Shown one piece after another: positions 9,343 to 19,378 of a stretch of DNA of 64,000 nt. Position numbers and translations under genes: made by a program. Below the pieces are notes generated by a model, which was not told the DNA's origin, did no database searches, and saw only the letters and a program-made list of their open reading frames with translations. Source of the DNA: Verrucomicrobiota bacterium (GTDB lineage Bacteria > Verrucomicrobiota > Verrucomicrobiia > Limisphaerales > JADJPG01); NCBI GenBank assembly GCA_016713365.1, contig JADJPG010000007.1, positions 27,454 through 91,453 of the forward strand, given 5' to 3'. Every line of letters begins with the position of its first letter. Within the stretch, counting starts at the first letter, position 1.

Positions 9343-11685
9343 ATGATTATGAAGACCCATTCGTACACCCGCCCGGCCACCTGGCATCCAAGCCTGATCC
9401 TCGTCTGGATCGCGGCCGCCGCCGCGCCCCTTGTCGGGGACGCCGCTCCCACCGGCTCCATCTTCACCTACCAGGGCCGGCTCAACATCAGCGGCGCGCC
9501 GGCGACCGACGGCGTCTATGATTTCCGTTTCACGCTGCACGACGCGAGCGAGGCCGGGTCCGCCATCGGAAGCGCTGTCCTCGTGAATGCGCTGGGCGTC
9601 ACGAACGGTTTGTTCACCGCGACGCTCGATTTCGGATCCACGCCATTCACCTCGGGCGCAGCCTGCTGGCTGCAGCTGCAGGTGAACACCAACGGCGTCG
9701 CTCCACTCGTGACACTCAACCCGCGCCAACGCATCACGCCAACGCCCCAGGCCATCTACGCCGAGAACGCTGGCATGGCGAGCGCCGTCGCCGCCGGAGC
9801 AGTGACGAGCGCCGGGATCGCGCCTTCGGCAGTCGACAGCGAGAGCATCCAGAACGGCAGCATCGAAGCAACCGACCTCAGCCCCAGCCTGTTCAACGAA
9901 ACCTTCTGGAAACTCGGAGGCAACCAAGGCGGAGGAAATTTCCTCGGCAGCCTCGACAGCCAGCCCGTCGAGCTGCGAGCAGGAAACCAAACTGCACTCC
10001 GGCTTCTTCCCAGCTCCTCTACACCTAATGTCGTCGGCGGACACGCTTCCAATCGCGTAGCGCCTTCCGCCGCCGGTGCGTTCATCGGCGGGGGCGGTTT
10101 AATGGACTATTCCAACTTTGTCGCGACGAGTTTTGGAGTGATCGGTGGCGGCGTCCGCAATACTGCCGCAGGACTGGGCGCGGTGGTCGGCGGCGGATTG
10201 ACCAATGGCGCTTCTGGAACCGGCGCCCTCGTATCCGGTGGCTCGCGCAACGTCGCCAGCGCTCCCTACACTACCGTAGGCGGAGGATTCATGAACATGG
10301 TGTTCGACACCAATGGCACGATCGCAGGCGGAATGAACAATCGTGTCTTCGCCGGCCTCGGCGCAGCGACCATCGGAGGCGGTATCGGGAACATGGTGGC
10401 CGACAGCCAGGCCGCCACCATCGCTGGCGGCATCCAACACATCATCGACGGCAGTTCGTACACCGCCACTATCGGCGGCGGTTATCAAAATTACGTTCGC
10501 ACCAACGGAGCTGGTGGGACGGTCGGCGGCGGCGCATTCAATGTCGTCACCGAGGGCTACGGCACCATCGGGGGCGGACACTTCAACACGGTCCACGCGG
10601 AAAACTCGACGATTGGAGGCGGGTTCAAGAACCGGGCTGATGCCGCATACAGCACCGTTGGCGGTGGCCGGGAAAACACCAATTCCAGCACCCACGCCAC
10701 GATCGGCGGAGGTGCGAACAATCTCACCCTGGCCGAGTATGCCAGCACCGGTGGCGGCTCCTCCAACACGGTGGAAGGAGCCTTCGGAACTGTGGGTGGA
10801 GGACGCGCAAACCGCGCTGGGAACCTGTATTCGACCGTGGCGGGCGGCGGGCTGAATAGCGCTCTCTCGACAAACTCCACCGTCAGCGGCGGCCTCAACA
10901 ACGATGTCTCCGGTGACTCCGCCGCCGGCGCCACCATCTCCGGCGGTGTAAACAACTACATCAGGGATTCGCAGGCCGGAGTCATCGCCGGCGGTTTGCA
11001 GAATCACATTTCAGGATCCAGCACCACCGCCACCGTTGGCGGCGGCTACCAGAACTTCATCGAAGCCGGCTCCGACGCCGCGACCATCCAGGGCGGCTTT
11101 TTCAATCTGATCACATCAGGGGACTACAGCAGCATTGGCGGTGGCTCGTTCAACACCAACTCCGGAAACTACTCGACCGTTCCCGGTGGAACGCGCAACG
11201 CCGCCACTGGCGATTACGCCCTGGCCGCCGGCCGACGCGCCAAGGCCGGTCACAACGGCTCGTTCGTCTGGGCGGACGATACGGACGCCGACTTTGCCTC
11301 CACAACCAACAAACAATTCGCCGTCCGCGCGAACAATGGTGTGATGATTCAAGCCACCGACACTGCACTCGATCTGCGCGGAGGCGGCGCCGTCCGCGTC
11401 GCGGGAGCCGGCGTGAACACCACGACTCCCGTTTTCATCCATCGCGCCACCGCGGCGTCGGTCAACGTCAACACCACGATCATTGACCACCCGCATTGCA
11501 ACGGGAATCCCAACGCCATCCTCATCGTCACCCACAACTACAGCGCCGACACGGCAGCCAACCGATATGAAACGGAGCCTGTCGGCGTGTGGTACAACGG
11601 CACCCGATGGACCATCTTTCACGAGAACAGCGGCGTTGTGATGCCGGTAGGACGAGCCTTCAACGTAATGGTCTTCAAGCCGTAA
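9343..11685 (+). CDS. Secreted glycine-rich beta-helical repeat protein (YadA-head or tail-fibre-like GGGxxN repeats) with a globular C-terminal domain.
   Basis: ORF 9130-11685; probable start MIMKTHS at 9343 followed by a hydrophobic signal. About 40 repeats of roughly 14-15 aa of the form (S/T)(T/I)(V/I)GGGxxNxxxxxxx. The terminal block LAAGRRAKAGHNGSFVWADD precedes a non-repetitive roughly 130-aa C-terminus. Confidence 0.8.
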   Translation: MIMKTHSYTRPATWHPSLILVWIAAAAAPLVGDAAPTGSIFTYQGRLNISGAPATDGVYDFRFTLHDASEAGSAIGSAVLVNALGVTNGLFTATLDFGSTPFTSGAACWLQLQVNTNGVAPLVTLNPRQRITPTPQAIYAENAGMASAVAAGAVTSAGIAPSAVDSESIQNGSIEATDLSPSLFNETFWKLGGNQGGGNFLGSLDSQPVELRAGNQTALRLLPSSSTPNVVGGHASNRVAPSAAGAFIGGGGLMDYSNFVATSFGVIGGGVRNTAAGLGAVVGGGLTNGASGTGALVSGGSRNVASAPYTTVGGGFMNMVFDTNGTIAGGMNNRVFAGLGAATIGGGIGNMVADSQAATIAGGIQHIIDGSSYTATIGGGYQNYVRTNGAGGTVGGGAFNVVTEGYGTIGGGHFNTVHAENSTIGGGFKNRADAAYSTVGGGRENTNSSTHATIGGGANNLTLAEYASTGGGSSNTVEGAFGTVGGGRANRAGNLYSTVAGGGLNSALSTNSTVSGGLNNDVSGDSAAGATISGGVNNYIRDSQAGVIAGGLQNHISGSSTTATVGGGYQNFIEAGSDAATIQGGFFNLITSGDYSSIGGGSFNTNSGNYSTVPGGTRNAATGDYALAAGRRAKAGHNGSFVWADDTDADFASTTNKQFAVRANNGVMIQATDTALDLRGGGAVRVAGAGVNTTTPVFIHRATAASVNVNTTIIDHPHCNGNPNAILIVTHNYSADTAANRYETEPVGVWYNGTRWTIFHENSGVVMPVGRAFNVMVFKP

Positions 11686-11705
11686 ACTCCCAACTCGATT
11701 TCGCC

Positions 11706-12176
11706 ATGAAATCCATTCTTCAAATCAGCACTCTGGTCGCGCTTCTCCTGTCCGACCATTGCAGTGCCCAACAGTTCTCGATCAGCGGCAGCGTCATCGC
11801 AGGCGGTGGCGGGACGGCCAGCGGGGGACAATTCCAAGTCACCGGAACGATCGCCCAGGCGGAAGCTGGACCTCGATTGACGGGCAGATGTTTCTCCGTC
11901 GACTCAGGATTCTGGGGGCACTACGCCGTGATATCGACTCCCGGCGCTCCAACCCTCCGCACGCGAGTCGTCGCCAACTACGTGCGCGTCTCGTTCACAC
12001 CCGGCTGCGGAGACTGGGTGCTGCAATGGACCAACACGCTCGAACCCGAAGCCGCCGCCACGATCTGGACCGACGACGAAGCCAGCAATTTGGTCCTAAT
12101 CGACGGCGAATTGACTCGCGACTTCCACATTCCCAGTTGGGGCAGTCGCCTTTACTTCCGCCTGCGCCAGCCCTGA
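11706..12176 (+). CDS. Small secreted hypothetical protein with a C-terminal YFRLR module.
   Basis: Signal peptide MKSILQISTLVALLLSDHCSAQQ. The protein ends ...SWGSRLYFRLRQP. It lies immediately downstream of the repeat protein. Confidence 0.6.
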   Translation: MKSILQISTLVALLLSDHCSAQQFSISGSVIAGGGGTASGGQFQVTGTIAQAEAGPRLTGRCFSVDSGFWGHYAVISTPGAPTLRTRVVANYVRVSFTPGCGDWVLQWTNTLEPEAAATIWTDDEASNLVLIDGELTRDFHIPSWGSRLYFRLRQP

Positions 12177-12214
12177 AAGGCTGTCTGAAGGTCGGCAACG
12201 TTCTCGTTTCGTAC

Positions 12215-12246
12215 GGCCACCGGTTCGCCGGTGGTCTTTTCCTTTA
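12215..12246 (+). terminator. Rho-independent terminator after the 9343-12176 gene pair.
   Basis: Hairpin GGCCACCGGttcgCCGGTGGTC followed by TTTTCCTTTAT. Confidence 0.55.
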
Positions 12247-12343
12247 TCGCACTCCTTGACTCCAGTCCGGTCCAGCCTTCGCCAAGCAATGGCAAGCGGC
12301 CCCCTCGACAAGCGGAGAACTTCATACTAGGAAAGGAATCGCT

Positions 12344-14974
12344 ATGGACCTGAACAAGTTTACAGAGAAAGCCCAAGGCGCGATCACCGATGCGCAGAGC
12401 ATCGCCACGCGCCAGCAGCATCAAACCGTCGATGTGGAGCACGTCGCGCTGGCGTTGCTGGAACAGGAAGGCGGGCTCGTGCCGCGCCTGTTCGAGAAGG
12501 CCAAGGTCGCGCCGGACTTGCTGAAGGCCAAAGTCGAGGAGGAGTTGAACCGCCTTCCGCGCGTCAGCGGAGACGCCGCCTCGGCGCAGGGTCTCTACGT
12601 CACGCAGCGGTTGAACAAGCTGCTCGTCAAGGCGCAGGACGAGGCCAAGCGCCTCAAGGACGAATACGTCAGCGTCGAGCATCTCGTGCTCGCGATGTTC
12701 GATGAGTCCAGCTCGACGCCGATGGGGAAGATTCTCAAGTCACTGAACGTGCGTCGTGATGAGTTCCTCAAGGCGCTGACCGAGGTGCGTGGCAATCAGC
12801 GCGTGACCAGCGCGAATCACGAGGCTACTTACGAAGCGCTCGAAAAATACGGGCGCGATCTCACGAAGCTCGCGCAGCAGAACAAGCTCGATCCCGTCAT
12901 CGGCCGCGACGCCGAGATCCGCCGCTGCACCCAGGTGCTCTCGCGGCGCACGAAGAACAATCCCGTGCTCATCGGCGAGCCGGGCGTCGGTAAGACGGCC
13001 ATCGTCGAAGGCCTCGCGCGCCGCATCGTCGCGGGAGATGTTCCGGATAGTTTGAAGGAGAAGAAGATTATCTCGCTCGATCTCAGCGCGCTCATCGCCG
13101 GTGCGAAGTTCCGTGGCGAATTCGAGGAACGCCTGAAAGCCGTCCTGCAGGAAGTCACGAAGGCGCAGGGCCAGGTCATCCTGTTCATCGACGAGATCCA
13201 CACAATGGTCGGTGCCGGAAAAGCCGAGGGCGCGATGGACGCCGGCAACATGCTCAAGCCCATGCTGGCGCGCGGCGAGTTGCACTGCATTGGAGCGACC
13301 ACGCTTGATGAGTATCGCAAATACATCGAGAAGGACGCCGCGCTGGAACGCCGCTTCCAGCCAGTGATGGTAAACGAGCCTAGCGTCGAGGACACCATCT
13401 CGATCCTGCGCGGATTGCGCGAGCGCTACGAACTGCACCACAAGGTTCGCATCCAGGACGCCGCGCTGGTTTCCGCCGCGCAGCTCTCGCATCGCTACAT
13501 CTCGGATCGCTTCCTGCCCGACAAGGCCATCGATCTCGTGGACGAAGCCGCCGCCAAGCTGCGCACCGAAATGGAGTCGATGCCCGAGGAACTCGAACAG
13601 CTCGAGCGCCGCCTCACGCAACTCGAGATCGAGCGCGAGGCGTTGAAGAAGGAAAAGGACGAGGCGAGCAAGGAACGGCTTAAGTCGTTGGAGAAGGAGC
13701 TCGCGAATCTCAAGAGCCAGCGCGACACGCTCAAGGCGCAGTGGGATTCGGAGAAGTCCGTGGTGGACGACGTCCAGAAGCTTCGTGAAGCCCTCGAACT
13801 CGCGCGCACCGAGATGGAGAAGGCGCGCCGCCAGAACGAGCTGTCGCGCGTGGCCGAATATCAATACGGCAAGATTCCCGGCATCGAGAAGCAGTTGAAG
13901 GATGTCGAAGCCAAAGCTGCGGCCTCAGGCAAAGGCGGGCCGCGTCTCTTGCAGGAGGAAGTCACGGCGGATGAAGTTGCAGAAGTTGTGGCGCGCTGGA
14001 CCGGCGTGCCTGTCTCGCGCCTGCTTGAAGGCGAGAAGGACAAGCTCCTGCGACTCGACGAGATTTTGCACGAACGCGTCATCGGCCAAGGCGAAGCCGT
14101 GCAGGCCGTCGCGGACGCGGTCATTCGTGCGCGCTCCGGCTTGAAGGATCCGAAGCGGCCGATTGGTTCATTCGTTTTCCTGGGCCCGACCGGCGTGGGC
14201 AAAACCGAGCTGGCGCGCGCGCTCGCCGAGAGCTTGTTCGACAGCGAGGACAACATCGTGCGCGTGGACATGAGCGAATACATGGAGAAGCACGCCGTCG
14301 CCCGGCTCATCGGCGCGCCTCCCGGCTACGTGGGTTACGAGGAGGGCGGCCAGCTCACGGAGGCCGTTCGCCGCAAGCCGTATTGCGTCGTGCTCTTCGA
14401 CGAGATCGAAAAGGCACACCACGATGTCTTCAACGTCTTTCTGCAAATCCTCGACGACGGACGCCTCACCGACAGCCAGGGCCGCACGGTGGATTTCAAG
14501 AACACGATCATCATCATGACGTCGAACATCGGCAGCCCGCACCTGCTGGAGAACGTCAGCGACACCGGCGAGATCACCGAGAGCGTCCGCAAGAAGGTAA
14601 TGAACGAACTGCGCGCGCACTTCCGCCCGCAGTTCCTGCATCGCGTGGATGAAATTGTCCTCTTCAAGCCGCTCACGCTCGGCGAGATCACGAAGATCGT
14701 CGAGCTGCTGCTCGGTCTCCTGCGCCTGCGCCTCGCCGACCGCCACATCGAGCTCGAACTCAGCGACGCGGCGAAGGAACACATCGCCCGCGAAGGCTAC
14801 GACCCGGTCTATGGCGCGCGTCCGCTCAAGCGTTACCTGCAACGCCAGCTCGAAACCGCGCTCTCGCGGAAGCTGCTCGCCGGCGACATCACCGACCACA
14901 GCCGCGTGACCGTGGACTTGAAGAAGGGTGAGTTGGTGTTTGAGTCGAAGAAGCTCAAGCCGGTAAAAGAGTAG
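12344..14974 (+). CDS. clpB: ATP-dependent chaperone ClpB.
   Basis: 876 aa. It has the Clp N domain, two AAA+ modules ([15 protein letters not shown] and [16 protein letters not shown]) and the long middle coiled coil characteristic of ClpB. Confidence 0.97.
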   Translation: MDLNKFTEKAQGAITDAQSIATRQQHQTVDVEHVALALLEQEGGLVPRLFEKAKVAPDLLKAKVEEELNRLPRVSGDAASAQGLYVTQRLNKLLVKAQDEAKRLKDEYVSVEHLVLAMFDESSSTPMGKILKSLNVRRDEFLKALTEVRGNQRVTSANHEATYEALEKYGRDLTKLAQQNKLDPVIGRDAEIRRCTQVLSRRTKNNPVLIGEPGVGKTAIVEGLARRIVAGDVPDSLKEKKIISLDLSALIAGAKFRGEFEERLKAVLQEVTKAQGQVILFIDEIHTMVGAGKAEGAMDAGNMLKPMLARGELHCIGATTLDEYRKYIEKDAALERRFQPVMVNEPSVEDTISILRGLRERYELHHKVRIQDAALVSAAQLSHRYISDRFLPDKAIDLVDEAAAKLRTEMESMPEELEQLERRLTQLEIEREALKKEKDEASKERLKSLEKELANLKSQRDTLKAQWDSEKSVVDDVQKLREALELARTEMEKARRQNELSRVAEYQYGKIPGIEKQLKDVEAKAAASGKGGPRLLQEEVTADEVAEVVARWTGVPVSRLLEGEKDKLLRLDEILHERVIGQGEAVQAVADAVIRARSGLKDPKRPIGSFVFLGPTGVGKTELARALAESLFDSEDNIVRVDMSEYMEKHAVARLIGAPPGYVGYEEGGQLTEAVRRKPYCVVLFDEIEKAHHDVFNVFLQILDDGRLTDSQGRTVDFKNTIIIMTSNIGSPHLLENVSDTGEITESVRKKVMNELRAHFRPQFLHRVDEIVLFKPLTLGEITKIVELLLGLLRLRLADRHIELELSDAAKEHIAREGYDPVYGARPLKRYLQRQLETALSRKLLAGDITDHSRVTVDLKKGELVFESKKLKPVKE

Positions 14975-14976
14975 GC

Positions 14977-15450
14977 ATGCCGAAGCCGAAGAAATCGTGG
15001 CGCGAGAAACTGGCCGACGACAAAGGACTGCCGAAGATTGCTCCGGTCGAAGGCAAGATGACGACGAAATGGGGCGAGGGCCTGATGGTCATTCCCGCGC
15101 CGCGCGAAGTCGATGCGCTGATGCAGAAGATCCCGAAAGGAAAGCTCACGACCATCAACGAGCTTCGTGCCGCGCTGGCTCGTCAACACAAGGCGAACTT
15201 CGGCTGCCCAATCACGACCGGCATTTTCGCATGGATCGCTGCGCACGCCGCGGAAGAAGCGTCAGCGGAAGGCCGCAAGCGCATCACGCCCTACTGGCGC
15301 ACACTGAAAACCGGCGGCGAGCTGAACCCCAAATATCCCGGTGGCATCCCAGGCTTGAAGAAACGTCTCGTCGCCGAAGGCCACAAGGTAACGCAGAAGG
15401 GGAAACGGTTTTTCGTGGCGGACTTCGAGACAGTTTTGTTTTATCCTTGA
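14977..15450 (+). CDS. MGMT-family (alkyltransferase-like) DNA-binding protein that lacks the catalytic Cys. It is translationally coupled to clpB.
   Basis: The ATG lies 2 nt after the clpB stop. The helix-turn-helix-like segment TTINELRAALARQH is followed by PYWRTLKTGGEL...YPGG...LVAEGH, which parallels the PCHRVV...GG...LL..EG motif of MGMT with Cys replaced. Confidence 0.55.
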   Translation: MPKPKKSWREKLADDKGLPKIAPVEGKMTTKWGEGLMVIPAPREVDALMQKIPKGKLTTINELRAALARQHKANFGCPITTGIFAWIAAHAAEEASAEGRKRITPYWRTLKTGGELNPKYPGGIPGLKKRLVAEGHKVTQKGKRFFVADFETVLFYP

Positions 15451-15512
15451 GGCCATCTGCCCCACCCTGTTCCGTGCTTGGTTTGCGTCCAGCGTCGACC
15501 TAAATTGCGCGC

Positions 15513-16667
15513 GTGCTTGCGGACATCAAATCATTCACGCGCGACGAACTCATCGCGCCGTTCAAGTCCTGGAACCTTCCCGGCTACCGGCTCGATCAGG
15601 TCTTGAAGTGGCTTTACGAAAAGCGCGCTTCGTCGTGGGCGGAAATGACGAATCTTCCGAAGGCGTTGCGCGACCAACTCGCCCAGCACTACTCGTTGCA
15701 CGCGCTGGAACTGGTCCGCAAGCAAGGCTCGCGCGACACCACGCAGAAGTTTCTGTGGAAACTCAGCGACGGCGCGATGATTGAGAGCGTGCTGATTCCC
15801 GCGAACCCGGCGCTTTACGGCGAAGCGAGTGATCGCCACACGCTCTGCGTCTCCACACAGGTCGGCTGCGCGTATGGCTGCAAGTTCTGCGCGAGCGGTC
15901 TCGAAGGCTGGAAGCGCAATCTGCGCGTCGACGAAATCGTGGAGCAAGTGCTCGCGACGGAGCGGTGGGCAGCGACGGAAAGTTCTGGGTTTCGAGTTCT
16001 AAGTTCAGAGTCAACTGTCGGCGAGCAACCCGAAACCAAGAACCCAAAACCCGAAACCCGCCTCGTGAACAATCTCGTCATCATGGGCATGGGCGAGCCG
16101 CTGGCGAATTACGACAACCTGCTCAAGGCACTCCGCATTCTGAACGCGCCGTGGGGCGGCGGGATCGGCGCGCGGAAGATTACGATCTCCACCAGCGGGC
16201 TCGCGCCGCAGATTCGCAAACTCGCGGAGGAACCGCTCCAGTTCCGGCTCGCCATCTCGCTGCACGGAGCGACGGATGAGACGCGGAACAAGATCATGCC
16301 GGTCAATCGTCGCTACCCGCTCGCCGAACTGACCGGCGCCTGCGAGGAATACCAACGGAAGCGCGAGCGGATGATTACCCTGGAATACATCCTCATCGCG
16401 GGAGTGAACGATGCATTGCGGGAAACCAAACCGCTGGCCGCGCTCGCCCATCGTTTGAATGCCAAGGTGAACTTGATTCCCTACAACAAGGTGGAAGATC
16501 TCCAGTGGGTGCGACCGACCGAAGAAGTGCAGGAGGCGTTCCTCGCCGCGCTGGAGGAACTCGGCGTAACGGCGACCCTGCGCCGGGAAAAGGGACACGA
16601 CATCGACGCCGCCTGCGGTCAGCTCCGGCTGAAGACAGAACGCGAATTGGCGAAAAAGCCGGAGTAA
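15513..16667 (+). CDS. rlmN: 23S rRNA (adenine2503-C2)-methyltransferase and tRNA methyltransferase RlmN (radical SAM).
   Basis: Radical-SAM CxxxCxxC motif CAYGCKFC, then VIMGMGEPLANYDN and conserved C-terminal blocks. It carries a roughly 20-aa low-complexity insertion at 15975-16065. Confidence 0.95.
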   Translation: MLADIKSFTRDELIAPFKSWNLPGYRLDQVLKWLYEKRASSWAEMTNLPKALRDQLAQHYSLHALELVRKQGSRDTTQKFLWKLSDGAMIESVLIPANPALYGEASDRHTLCVSTQVGCAYGCKFCASGLEGWKRNLRVDEIVEQVLATERWAATESSGFRVLSSESTVGEQPETKNPKPETRLVNNLVIMGMGEPLANYDNLLKALRILNAPWGGGIGARKITISTSGLAPQIRKLAEEPLQFRLAISLHGATDETRNKIMPVNRRYPLAELTGACEEYQRKRERMITLEYILIAGVNDALRETKPLAALAHRLNAKVNLIPYNKVEDLQWVRPTEEVQEAFLAALEELGVTATLRREKGHDIDAACGQLRLKTERELAKKPE

Positions 16668-16791
16668 CGCTAGACTCGGAAGGAATGAATCAGGCCGACA
16701 GGAGGTTTCGGGAAACCGGCAAACCACTTTCGAGATTCGATATCCCGCCGATGTTGAAGGCGCGGACTACGTCGGACTCTTTGGAAATCCA

Positions 16792-18344
16792 TTGTTCATG
16801 CTAATTCGAGTCGCCCTGCTCTTGATTTCGCTTCTGATCTGCGTCGTCTCGGCTCGTGCCGCAACGGGACCGAAGGCTTATTGCTCAACGAACCACCTAA
16901 TCGTCCGGTTCAAACCGCAGGTCGCCAGCATGCTTCCCGATACTGCGACCACGAATCAGCTCTCCTCGATGCTCGCGCACTTGGGATTGCCCCGCGGTGC
17001 TGAATTGCGAGAGACGCCGCTGGCCCGGCATTTCCGTTCGCGGCCTGCCGCCAACTCACGCCGCCGACACGAGCCTGTGGATTCGCGCCACTTTCTCTAC
17101 CTGCGCCTTCCACCGAGACTCACGATCGATGAATGCGTCCGTCGTCTCGAAGCCCATCCATTGATCGATTACGCCGAGCCGGATTGGATCGGCGCCGCCG
17201 CAACCACGATTCCGGCGGACCCGAATTTCGCTGACCAGTGGTATCATCAGAACTCCACCAAACCGTCCGCTTCCATCCAGACTCCGCTCGCGTGGGACAT
17301 CACGCGCGGCTCGGCGAACGTGCTGGTGGCCGTGATTGACTCCGGAATCATGCCGCTGCCCGAATTCGCCGGACGCACCGTGCCGGGCTACAACTTTGCC
17401 TATGACGAAGCCGACACGACCGACGACAACGGCCACGGGACGGCGGTGGCAAGGCGTCCTATGCGCGAGCGCGAACACGGATCCGCGGCGCCGGCGTGGA
17501 CTGGAACTGTCGCATCATGCCAATCAAGGTCCTCGACGATTGGAACACCGGATTCTACTCCTGGTGGGCGCAGGGCATTGATTTCGCCGTAAGCAACGGC
17601 TGCAAGATCATCAACTTCTCCGGCGGCGGCACGGCCTACGGCCAGACGGTGGCGCGCGCCATCACCAACGCCATCGCTCATGGCGTCATCTTCGTGACGG
17701 CCGCCGGCAATGAAGGTGGAAACGTCCTCGGCTTCCCGGGCTCGCTCGACGCATCCATCACCGTTGGCGCGACGGACCGAAACGATCAACGCGCCGAGTT
17801 CAGTGATTCCGGGCCCCAACTGGATCTCGTCGCACCCGGCGAGGACATCGCCACGCTGGGGCTGGACGGCGAATTGTGGTTCGACACCGGCACTTCATTC
17901 TCCACGCCAATGGTGGCTGGAGTGTGCGCCCTGCTCGCCGCCGTGCGGCCGAATCTCACGCAGGCCGAAGCGCTGCAACTCCTCTGCTCTGGCGCGGAGG
18001 ATCAAGTCGGCGGCATCACGGACACGCCGGGCTTCGATACGTCTCACGGCTGGGGTCGATTGAACGCCTACCATTCCCTCTTACTCGCGACGACGCAGGT
18101 GGACCAAGTCCGCCGCACTTATAACCACGTGGAGCTTTCCTGGGTCAGCCCGGCCAATGCCGGCAGCCGGCAGCCTTACCAGGTCGAATACAAATCGTCC
18201 CTCGGTTCCGGTTGGGTTCCGCTGACGAATCCCTCCGCCTTCCGCTACGAAGCTGGTCGCACCTACTGGAACGACGACGGCTCTGAAACCGGCATCGCCA
18301 CCAGCACCGGCTACTTCCGCGTGAAGCTGCGTCCGCCTCAGTGA
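16792..18344 (+). CDS. S8 family serine peptidase (subtilase) with signal peptide. The gene is broken by two closely spaced frameshifts (about 17455 and 17485).
   Basis: DSG and HGTAVA motifs lie in ORF 16792-17592. GVLCASANTD is in a second frame (ORF 17336-17581). VDWNCRIMPIKVLDD...GTSFSTPMVAGV (catalytic Ser) is in a third frame (ORF 17496-18344). The C-terminus ends ...STGYFRVKLRPPQ. Confidence 0.8.
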
Positions 18345-18418
18345 AGCCGCCGCGGGCGCCGCATCCTGCATTTCACTTCCCGCTTTCTCCCTCGCAGATC
18401 CATTGCTAGCGTCCGCCC

Positions 18419-19378
18419 ATGAATTTTCTCGTCACCGGCGGAGCTGGATTCATCGGCTCCCATGTCTGCGAGCGGCTGCTCGGCATGGGTCACGCCGTGT
18501 GGACCTACGATGACCTGAACGCGTTCTACGAGCCTGCGATCAAGCAGCAAAACCTCGCCGCGCTGAAAGCTGCCGGAGGCAAATTCATATTCGTGGAAGG
18601 CGACCTGACGAACCGCACCGCGCTCGAAGCCATGTTCCGCAGCGTGAAGTTCGACCAGGTCATCCACCTCGCCGCGCGCGCGGGCGTGCGACCCAGCCTT
18701 CAGGAACCGGCGCTCTATCAACGCGTGAACGTCGAAGGAACCGTCAATCTCCTCGAGGCAGCGCGCGCCACCGGCGTGAAGAAAATCACTATCGCGTCCT
18801 CATCCTCGGTGTACGGAGTGAACGCCAAGGTGCCGTTCTCCGAGAACGATCCCATCTTCTCCGCCATCTCGCCCTACGCCGCGAGCAAGCTGGCCTGCGA
18901 AGCGCTCGGGCACGTTTACCATCACGTTTACGGCATGGATATCGCGATGCTGCGTTTCTTCACCGTTTACGGACCGCGGCAGCGACCGGACCTCGCGATT
19001 CACAAATTCGCACAGCTCATCACCCGCGGGAAACCAATCCCCGTCTTCGGAGACGGCAGCACGGCGCGCGATTACACCTACGTGTCGGACACAGTGGCTG
19101 GCGTGATCGCCTGCACGCAACGGGAGTTCGGCTTCGACATCTTCAACCTCGGCGAATCCCAGACCGTGAAGCTCTCCTATCTCATCGAGCTGCTGGAGAA
19201 CGCGCTCGGCAAGAAGGCCGTCATCGACCGCCAGCCGCCCCAACCCGGCGACGTGCCGATCACCTTTGCGAACATCACCAAGGCTCGCGAGAAACTCGGC
19301 TACGATCCAAAGGTGAAGATCGAGGAAGGCATTCCGAAGTTCGTGGATTGGTTCCGCACCCAAGGAACGAAATCATGA
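18419..19378 (+). CDS. NAD-dependent epimerase/dehydratase (UDP-sugar 4-epimerase family).
   Basis: Rossmann motif VTGGAGFIGSH, catalytic YAASK, and family block DYTYVSD. Confidence 0.9.
   Translation: MNFLVTGGAGFIGSHVCERLLGMGHAVWTYDDLNAFYEPAIKQQNLAALKAAGGKFIFVEGDLTNRTALEAMFRSVKFDQVIHLAARAGVRPSLQEPALYQRVNVEGTVNLLEAARATGVKKITIASSSSVYGVNAKVPFSENDPIFSAISPYAASKLACEALGHVYHHVYGMDIAMLRFFTVYGPRQRPDLAIHKFAQLITRGKPIPVFGDGSTARDYTYVSDTVAGVIACTQREFGFDIFNLGESQTVKLSYLIELLENALGKKAVIDRQPPQPGDVPITFANITKAREKLGYDPKVKIEEGIPKFVDWFRTQGTKS

Noticed and set aside
9112-11007. Minus-strand ORFs 9112-10044 (310 aa) and 10099-11007 (302 aa).
   Set aside because: Antisense to the Gly-rich repeat protein gene. Their composition mirrors the Gly codons of the sense strand.
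12740-13864. Minus-strand 374-aa ORF inside clpB.
   Set aside because: Antisense to clpB, which is unambiguous.
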